Notes under the pieces: model-generated
What the model was told of the DNA's origin: nothing
Seen by the model: the letters and a program-made list of their open reading frames with translations, nothing else
Databases searched by the model: none
Assembly: GCA_030704615.1 (NCBI GenBank)
Contig: CM060733.1
Coordinates: 39,742,001-39,806,000, forward strand
Direction of reading: 5' to 3'
From: Takakia lepidozioides
Taxonomy: Eukaryota; Plantae; Bryophyta
Length of the DNA: 64,000 bases
Part shown: positions 54,466 through 64,000 of the stretch, one piece after another
How positions within the stretch are numbered: position 1 is the first letter of the stretch
How the letters are laid out: each line of letters starts with the position of its first letter
Program-made: the position numbers and the translations under genes

Positions 54466-55799
54466 GCTTACCTGAACTGCCTTATGTTTTGTACACACGC
54501 AGATCTGCTGGAAAGAATGTGCAATAAACAAACCCTAATTGTAAACTATGACTCTAGCATGACCACCCAACCCACATATCTTCATCGTCCTTCCAAATGC
54601 ATCTGAAAGCCATTATTCAGGCCATTCTCATCCCAATCTCATTCTTGAGCAAACAGTGGCTCAACAGAGGTAAGGGCAGCCCCACTGGCTGGAAAGAGGG
54701 AAGCACATGTAGTCTGCCTGCACGCAGCATTCCCCAACCCTGATAGTTCATGGAAACATTGCGCTCTCTGCACAACCCAGTATTTTACTATAGGGGCACA
54801 CACATTGGCAGAAGGTGATCCCACCTGAACACTGGGAAGGGAGAAAAGCAGAGTGTCAGGTGGTCGGACGCTGGTGGTGAGATGCAGTCGTAGCAACTTA
54901 CCTGGGTAATCCGATTCACTATCCTAGCTCACCTCAGACACATACGGCGTTGACGTGTATTGGTTCCAAGATCACTCACTTAGGCCTTGATATACAGTAC
55001 AGAAATGGATGACTGACCCTGGCATTCATGGATTACAATGAATGATGCCATTCCCAATTTCCTGGATTAATACGATATCCTGACATACAACAATCTTCTT
55101 CAATGAGGGTGATGAAGAACCTGCATTCCCTCCATTATTAGCCCTATATATAAATGCACCAATTCATGACTCTATGATGATTGACCCCGACATCATGAAA
55201 GCAGGACTCCGCTCAGAGCGAGACCATTTGGTCGGGCCTTTCACCCTAGCATTAACTGGTCCTTTATGACACCTGATACTGTACCGAAAAACTCATCGAA
55301 AAGCCTAAGTACACTTTAAAAGATCACAACAAGTCAATTCGAGACTTCATGGTCATTTTCAAAAGACAGCATCTACCAAGATTACTCCACAATAGATTTA
55401 AACGGAAGAGGAAGGACTTCACACATCACCCACACACCTCAAACAAAGGAACCAGCAGAGCTGCGCCTCCAACTGCTCAGAGGTACCCTTATATACAACA
55501 TACACAAAATCTCAAGGGGGGAATACATGGCTACACTGTCCTCAAATGCCGCTTTCATTGAGACTTTTTTCTCCATTGAAAGTATGGCTGCCCAAAAATT
55601 GGCCTGTCAACTCTCTACCATGAACCATGTCTGAACCTTAACATTCAGTCCCACCATCCTCATCAGACTTTCGGTCACCTTGTAAAGCTATTAAGCCTAC
55701 ATATATGCACTTTAACTACACTCTTGGCCTACTCTTGACTTGCTTTGCAATTCAAGCTGAATTCGCAGGGACAACCCGGTACACTTAAGTCGACGAAGC

Positions 55800-58700
55800 C
55801 TAGAAATCGGGTGAAAAATGTTCTAGATCTGGATGCGTTCCTGGTGGTTGCTGCATATCTCTGCAAAGAATAGATACCGAACTCATTAAGTGAACATGTA
55901 ACATTTTGAAGAAACAGACATTTAAGAGAAGAGTGAATATGAAAAACTGTGCGTATTTTTAGGACCAAGGACATTGGCATTGTAGGGAGACTACACCCAC
56001 ATACATCTCCCTCTTCCATTCTTCTCTATGCCTGACAAAAGACAAGGTAAGGTCAAGCACCTGGTAAACCGGGTTGGCTCGAATCCCGGCACATCTGGAG
56101 GCCCAATTGGATCAAACCTTGCGCCTGGTGGCACACCTCTGCATAAAAACCAGAATACAACACCACTTATAAATTTCAAACCACAAGAATGAGTCACCAT
56201 CATATCTATTGAAGGATTGGCTGAAAGCTGTTTGATGTGATCATGGAACTGTTTAAAGTTCCCCAGTAAGCGTGTTGGGTCACTACTAGAACAAAGCTTA
56301 CAACCCCCCATGCCTCTCTCCTTTTCACAAAATCAGTCATTGTGTTGTTATTTGAGGCCATTAGAGGTGAAAGACAAAAGGGTTTACGACAGAGCATCAT
56401 GCAGGCCAGAAATCCCAGAAAGTTCTGCAGGGGCCTAATTTCTCTTTTGTACCATATTGATGCTAGTTTTCTTACTTGACTATGATATTGCAGATTCTGA
56501 GTTCCCCTTTTTATGTATTCTGAACACTGATGAGTCCACCATACAACCATCACACACACTAACAAACCCAGGCAGGAAAATGGAGCAGAGAGCAGCAGGC
56601 AAGGGTTTTGTCTTACGGAATGCTGCCAGGGAAACCAGGTGGCCGAACACCACCAACATGACCCCACCGTGCATCAGTTGGGCCTGCCAAACAGAAGACA
56701 CAACATGTTAGCCGCAAATGTTCTTCCATGCACTTCTTGCAGTCCTGGCTTACCCCTATCACAAAGACTACAGTGTGCTTGAGAGACAACTGCTGTGGAG
56801 CTATCATGGGTAATTACTTGGAAGGCAGACTCAACCATGACTTATCAGCCTGCAACTTCATTAAAGTATTAGCAGCTAGTCCTCTTAGACAGCAAGTCCT
56901 TACTGAAGTGCCTCAGTTCTAGACCCTAGGCGTGAGAAAAATTGTTGAAATGGGAAGGAAAACCCCTGCCGGCAACAGTGTCACCTCATATGCATCCTTA
57001 ACCCATTCAATACCAGCCGTCAGTCAGTAAGTGGGCACATCTCAATAGCATTTAAGCTGTGCCAACAGGTAATTTTCTGCTTCCTCCCTGCGACTCCTTG
57101 TTGCCTCTCAAACTTTTCAACTGACTACCAGCTGTGCTTTGTCCATCCATACCGAGGCACATAATATCCAATCTTAACATCTGCAAGAGAAATAGGTGAT
57201 TGAGAGCTCAGACTGAAAAGCTACGTACCAAGAAGCATACCGTCAAACCCCGCCCCATCTCTCCTGCAAACATACCCCCTCAATATATATTCTAGTGCAT
57301 CTGCAGACCATTCAACAACCAAACAAAAATCTTCTCCCAGCACCAGAGGGTCATAAAATCACACAATCTACACATATGCACTTGGCAAAATATCATAACA
57401 AAGGTCAATAGATAAGAAAACCAACAAAAAGAACAGCCTGTCTTGGTTTTTCCTTTTTCCTTCAAAATGGACTGAAAGAGAGAGCAGCTCACCTTGGGAA
57501 GATACCGGCCCCAGGTGAAGGATGAGGGTCCCCTCTGCCAAAACCTGGCACAAGAGGAGACACAAACCTGCCATAGGCAAAAACAATAATGATAAATTGT
57601 ACATATTTGCCACATCACGAGAACTTATGAACAACGAACTAGCCTTCAGAAAATCCAGGGACCTTCATTGCCCTTGCAGTTCAAAAGAAAGACACATGAT
57701 GTGATTGTTGAGCTGTATTTCAAAAGCTGAAAGAGAGCTATACTCATAATCTTTCGTGTATTTTTGTTACATATGTGCCCCACACCATAGGAGGTACAAC
57801 CTTCCTAAATTGACAGCAACTGTGGTATGGAACTGATTGAGTTTCCTTGCAGACTACCATCCAAACTTCAAAGTTTTATGGTGAATGTACATGACAGTCT
57901 GACATTGAGAGGCAGTGAGCAGCCGCTTATCAATTTTTTTCTTAAAGTAGTACCACTGAAGTTAGCCAGGTGACCTTGCACCCAAGTTTGCTCAGAGAAT
58001 GTACGCATAAGATGTTGTCTGCTACAGCCTTGTGGCCATAGGCCCTGCGCACAGTTTGGGCAGAACAAGAGGGCACAGACACTACCTTTGTGAGGGGCTC
58101 ACTCCAGTAGTGGGACTGTACTTGATATAAACAATTAGTTTGGGCACACAAGCATCAATCTGCTGCGTGTGAGCTGCCGAACACTTAGACCCCAATAGGG
58201 CCAGAGCTTTAGGCTCAGACTCGAGATTTTAAAAGTTGGTGAACACAGGTGCAGGGACAATTTTCATGATGGTCCTGAAGAGGGTCACCCTCTGATGAGA
58301 ATACCCTGGACATTGTATCAGAAAATGGATACTGTCTTCAGGCCAACCACACATCGGGCAGTGACAATCTCCCTTCATCAGAAAATTTCCTGGCTTTGGA
58401 AACTTCAGCCTCTAAGTCAGATTTACCCAGCAGGGTCATGGCTTACAGACTTAGATTGAGATCCTTGAAATACCAGATCTCTTCCACCCTCTTCAGCCAG
58501 GACTTAGCCTGTTTGAGAAGGCGCTCCTGCTTCCAAGATATAGAGTTGATTTTTGTATATCTGGTATTAGTCATATGTTGCAGCTGCCCCCACCATCTGA
58601 CCTTGAATTCATTGTTTCAGGAGCTTAAGGGAGGAATGCCAGACTCACCCCGAACAGCCACATTAGCTGTTTTGGAGCATGCTGACATGCACTCCTTGAG

Positions 58701-61145
58701 CACCCCCACTTGAATGGATTCTAGAGAGAGAAAGAGAGAGAGAAATTGAAATGAAATGAAATGGTGCGTTATAACGTTCGCGGAAAGCTCATAGAGCTTA
58801 TGGGACAAAAAGGAAGAAAACATGAGAGAGGAACAAATCCAGAAACCACAATTAATGTTCTAGCGATTGTCTAAGGGTGAAGGCCTCGAGAGAGATTATT
58901 GCAAAAATTAACATACCCAGGAGCAAATGGTTGTACATCATCATGTATGGGACCTCCCATATATGACGGCCGCACAGGTCCTGGCTCCACCGGCCGAAGT
59001 CTGCCGACAATGCACAATGATTTCAGTGTTTCTCCTACATATGAGTAGATAGATTCTCGCTGCTAAACCTAAACATCAGAATCACAACATTCACTTGTTC
59101 CATGTTGTGTGCAACACATGACTTCAATCAACAGTCCATTATTGCATGACTGGAGCACTTGTAGATTATAAATACCCAGCAAGAAATAAAAATAACCTAC
59201 TAAAGCTTCACAGAGTGGAACTTAGTAATCACTCAAGCTGGACACTATGAGAGGTAGGAAGAAAGATGTACCTACACCATGCCTACTGTAACAATATGCC
59301 CATAGACCCAGAGAAAGAGAGTAAGAAACTTATTAAACTCTGCTGTCCATAGCCACATGGGCAGAAACGAGTGTGACAGATTGTACTCATAAGACGTTGT
59401 TTGCCGTAGCCTTGTGGCCATTGACCCCGCGCCCAGTTTGAGCGGGAACAAAAGGGACAGAACCTACCTCTGTCAGGGGCTGACGTTGGTAGTAAGACTT
59501 ACCTCCATATAAAGAATTAATCCGGGTTTTCCAGATATCCTCTAGAAATCCCTTCACACAAGCATCAATCTGCTGTGTGTGATTTGCCCAAAAACTAGGC
59601 CTCAGGAGGGCCTGGGCTTTTGGCTCAGCCTCGAGACTTTCAAAGTTGGTAAACGAGTGTGACAGAGACAGACACAGAGGATGCCCTCGTATACATACAC
59701 CCTGCACAAAGTCTCCAGGAAGGTTTGCATCTTGACCTCAGGAAGGAAGGAAAGGAGCCTTTTCGGGGAATTGGTCATCATTAGTTCGACTGTTTTGACA
59801 AGCCTAATGGAGGATTTTGCTAAGGTGTTGTGTAGGTGTCTTTGTAAACCTGATTTGGGATCTTGCAAAACCAAACAATGCATGTATGGAGTGAACTCCA
59901 AACCTCCATGCGAGTGCTGCATGCTTTTGAGGGTTGGTCAGGAAGTATCAGACCATCAACATCATCATGTACAGCAGTGACGAGCTGCTACAACTCCCCA
60001 ACAAACACAAAAACAAGCGTGAAATGTCAAGAAATCGAAACTCACGGTGGAGAGGAAGTCATGGTGGTGTTGACTTTTTCAGTAGGTGGTGAACGTTTTG
60101 ACAAAAGACAGAAAGATAAGCCATTGACCAAGCCGTCCAAATTCTTGTACTGCCGAGCATAATTGTCACAATCGCCCTCAACTGCATAGTTGTTGACCCT
60201 GCACCCATCCAAACCCAGGTCATGTCTCCATGCCAACCTTAGTAAATGTGCTGAACTACCGCATGAAATATTGGCAGAACTCGGGATCTGTTGAAAATCG
60301 AATTACTGTCTCAAGGGAGGTCAGAGAGACACCACTGTCCCACATGAATACAGCTGTGACAACTTGGTAGGGAAATCAGCGAAAAATTGGCAAAAAATTT
60401 TAGAAATTGTCTCTCAATCATCCCAAAGCTTAACAAGATTATATGGGGCCAAACTGCATGAACAGTTGCAAAGTACATCACATTGCAGAAGTAAAGTCTA
60501 GGGTTCAAATGAGTTTTGAAGTCAGCACCTAAACAAGTGTTGCTTCAAACAAGGAGGGAAAGAGACAATTACTTGAGCTCCAAGTGGAGAGGATTCTCGG
60601 CGTCATCCGGAGCAGCATCGACCATGAGAGAGTCGCCCATAGCCATGCATTTCACAGTGACTGATTTGCACAGCCCTGGTTGGTCGGCACCACTGTACCG
60701 GAAGGCATACGCACCATCCATGCCATTCCACCCCTCAAGCCCAACCTCACGTTCCTCCACTCCCTCTGCAGCATCACCAGATATCAATCTCTTCCTCGGC
60801 CAGCACAATTCAGGAATCCAACAAAGTACGTCCTCCATAATCTTCACAACTGGAAATGTGCCATTCGAATTTAAAAACTGATCATAATGACATGCAGAGA
60901 GATACAAACACACCAAAAATCTAGCACAATGGGTGTTTCTATCCCAAAAATCTAGCAAATTGCGGTTGCGATCTGATCAAGAACATACCCTTGGCACTCG
61001 AATTCGCACTCGACCCAATGGCAACAGGGGAGTACCCGGCCGCCAGGAACGCCGCATGCACTGCAAACGCTACCCGCTCAGTTGCAGTCTTCAGATTAGG
61101 CCGCGCTGCCCTGATGACCGCTAACACCGCCCCTGCTGTTGCCAT
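55800..61145 (-). CDS. PI31: Proteasome inhibitor PI31 (PSMF1/PTRE1-like), about 9 coding exons
   Basis: MATAGAVLAVIRAARP..AFAVHAAFLAAGY, EVGLEGWN..YAFRY, GVPPGARFDPIGPP..PGFEP and terminal HPDLEHFSPDF*. Phase-consistent introns. Confidence 0.92.
57900..58710 (-). mobile_element. LINE 3' remnant in a PI31 intron
   Basis: FTNF..LESEPKALALLG..HTQQIDACV; related to the copy at 59.4-59.9 kb. Confidence 0.45.
59390..59920 (-). mobile_element. Second LINE 3' remnant in a PI31 intron
   Basis: FTNFESLEAEPKAQALL..HTQQIDACVKGFLEDIWKTR; shares cacaagcatcaatctgctg with 58147. Confidence 0.5.
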
Positions 61146-61787
61146 CTCTCTCGTCCTCTCCTCTCCACCCTCTGACCCCCTTCCTCTCTCTCTCTCTCTT
61201 TCTCTGAAGAAGTTGTCGCTGCTCTTTTCGCAGCAAGAGAATTCCCTTTTGTATGGTCGCTTTGTTGGGGAATCGAAAATTCCCTTCTACTTTTAGGGTC
61301 ACTTATTCCATGTTGGATTGGTCATGCCAAACCGACCAAAATGCACCGACGCGAAGTGGAAGCGTCCATTCCTAATTCTTCGTTGAATTCTGCGAGGGTG
61401 GTCGGTGGGTGGATCTACTGTGGTGGCTTGGAGTGCAAGCTGCTTGGGAGGGTGGAGGCTGTGGCTGCTAAGCTGCTCCGGCCTGGTCGTCTTCATAGAC
61501 CACTCCCAAATCTCCAGACTACAGACACAGAGCATGTGTGAGTTTGGACATGTTCTTTTGTACTTCATTGTGGTGGAGCCCAGAGTGACTTGCATGAATG
61601 GTGTGGAAAGCTTACTAGGCCCTCCTCCATCTTAGGAGGCTGAGTTTAAAATCTATGGACCGTTGTGTTTTCCCTGTCGTTGAATCGCGTTCACTGTGAG
61701 GAGTTCGCTTTACCATTCACGTCGGCCTCTTAAGGGCTGTGGTGGAGGCGCTCCACTTGTTCTGCCGATATGGTCAAAAATTTCACC

Positions 61788-64000
61788 ATGGTGGAAGCGC
61801 GTGGGGTGTACCAAGAGGAGTACGAGTCTGATGAGTGGGAGGAATTGATCTGCGAGGCCCACACGAAGGCAAGGGTTGACGAACCCGATTCGAATAACAG
61901 GAAGCTCATCAAATACATATACTGTAACAAGATCTATAAAGACAAGAAGAAACTAAACATTCACCGGATAAATGGATGTGATGCACTTCAGTGCAAGGGT
62001 GCGCCTAAACTCGTTTTTGAAGGCCAAGAGGTCGATGTACGAGGGTGTTCTCACCAAGCACGGTCTCCTGCCGCGCAAAAACTCACGCCCACATAAGGTG
62101 GAGGTGGATAAGGTGAATAGCGGTCATGACGAATCCTTCGAGCCACCATCGAAGGTGCGGAAGATGCACTTGCGGCTACAAAAGAATGTGGGACAGTCTG
62201 CTCAGCCAGGGGAGTCCACCATTGCAGAGGACACAGTCGACCTGCAAGAGAAACAGACGACATCTAGGGGAGACGGACCGAACAAACCGAACGGCGAAGC
62301 GAACAGTCACGATAGTTTTGCTCCAACTCCCCAGGATTTGCTACACACAAGTTCTCTTCGACATCTCACTAGAGAGGAGGCCGGACAGGCATTTCAAGCG
62401 GCTTCTTTGAAAATACAGTCTGATGTAGTTCTTCCACCCAAACCAGTTTCTGTTTCACGCCCAGGTCTTAGTTACCTCATGGAGTTCAATTTGTTGCCTC
62501 CTGGGTTCGCTTCGCCGGAGGACCCTGAGTTTTTGCAAAGTCTTGTGGACCTTGCGGGGAGCCCCGATTTCCCTGACAGTATGATGGGTGCTGCCTACGG
62601 TAGATGGTTCGTCAAACGCATGGTATTTCCCCTTCTGACCCTCACACATTACTGCCTGCACTATTTTTCTGTCATGCTTATGGACATTCATGCCAACCCA
62701 TACATCGAGTGTGCTATGGATACTTATACTGCGATTGTATCCAATGGATTTTTCACTACACCCTGCCTCTTCCACCCACATGTTTGGAATGCTGCTGACT
62801 TCAGTGCTACTTTATTCTCCAAGCAGGCTGCATTGTGAATATGTGTGTTTGCAAAGCAGGATCCAAATTGGGACTGTTTTCATTGTATTGTATTCCTGGA
62901 AATTGGACATGAAGCATTTGTTTGCATCCATAGCATAGTGGTTTACGGTGCATACTTTATTTCCTTCATTGCCATTCATTGTATTCTGTTCCATGCTAAT
63001 GTGGAGTCCTTTGGCGCATGCTGTGGTGGCAGCACGGTGGACCTCCCCAAGAGGGGAAGCTTCTGAAGAAGACATTAAATTTGTTTGCCATACGTCCTGG
63101 TTTCACTCCCGACCATGCGGGCCGATATGGTGAGTTCGTGGCTGTTATCAAATATAACAAATACAGGGCTGCTCTCAAGGATTATGAAGTGAAGGAGGTT
63201 GCAGCTCTGTCTGCGTTGGAGGCTCGAAGACGTCAGTATGTGGAGGCTGGCATGGCAAAATGGGAGCGGCTAATACATGATGAAATACACGAGGCTAAAT
63301 GGGGCTGGTCCCCCTTGTTCAGAATTATCAAGATGGGTGAGTTCCCACAGATGCCTAATATTTTCACTCATTCGAAACAAGAAGCCCACATGTTCATGGA
63401 GCTTTTTCATCCTCAACAAATCTGGAACAGGTCCCTAAAGTGCCATATTTCATGCGAGTTTTGCGCCTCATTTGGATGTGCCACGTTGACGTGTCCATTC
63501 CCCTGTCCACACCCAAAAACAATATGTTAGATGATATCCTTGAGCAACTTTTGTACACCTGCAAGGGTAAGCATGCGATTAGAAATGCTGCTGGGAATTC
63601 CATGACATTTGGACAGTTACTGTATGGTGGCATGCCCCCGTTCGAGGATGTGAAGAGGGGTGTGCTCCAAAGTGCACATGACCTTGTGGACTGAGAGGAG
63701 GAGGACCGACTGCGTGTACTGGATTCCATCCATGACTTCATGCAACAAGTCAGATACAGGGCTGTGCGGGACCTTGCCATTCTAAATCCTACTTCCTTTG
63801 AGGTCTTGTGGTCTGGGGTGGGACAGCCAGGACAGGGAGTTGATGAGGCCCTCCAGGATTTCAGTGCCACGTTGAGGTTGCGCGAGGATCTTGACATGGG
63901 TTGGATTGGTCGGGATTCGGGTATGTGAAAGGTCATCCTTTGCAAGGTGGTCATTGCAATGTTACTGTTTTTACAATCTGTTCTGTGAACTTATAATTCT
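61788..64000 (+). pseudogene. Unknown protein 'B', paralog of gene A; frameshift near 62000, stop at 63692; runs to the window end
   Basis: Shared blocks with A: YCNKIYKDKKKLNIHRINGC vs FCEEVIKDKIQLNRHCVDTGC; PEDPEF vs PQDDPQF; RAVRDLAILNPTSFEVLWSG vs RAVLDIVLHKPDVFRVLWSG. Confidence 0.6.

Overview
Eukaryotic nuclear DNA with spliceosomal GT-AG introns and plant-type genes, most likely from a seed-free land plant with flagellated sperm (inference). Plausibly intact genes: a CIB-type EF-hand protein (11.3-13.0 kb), a plant protein of unknown function (17.3-19.2 kb), an AGCVIII kinase (32.9-36.9 kb, minus) and proteasome inhibitor PI31 (55.8-61.1 kb, minus). A CEP295/Ana1-like centriole gene (41.5-45.6 kb, minus) has one exon lying on the opposite strand. 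The most striking element is at 1-6 kb: a decayed Mutator-like (MULE) transposon whose transposase carries a GCM-like zinc DNA-binding domain. It is preceded by about 21 palindromic ATGCGG..CCGCAT units phased every 53 bp, whose half-sites resemble the GCM recognition motif. Two distant copies of an unrecognised zinc-finger gene family lie at 24.7-29.2 kb and 61.8-64 kb, the first beside a second MULE fragment. The rest is gene relics (SERK, GST-phi, SPH-like, CHIP), Harbinger/LINE/SINE/MITE debris and a triplicated kinase 3' UTR. All homology calls come from visual motif recognition, not from database searches.
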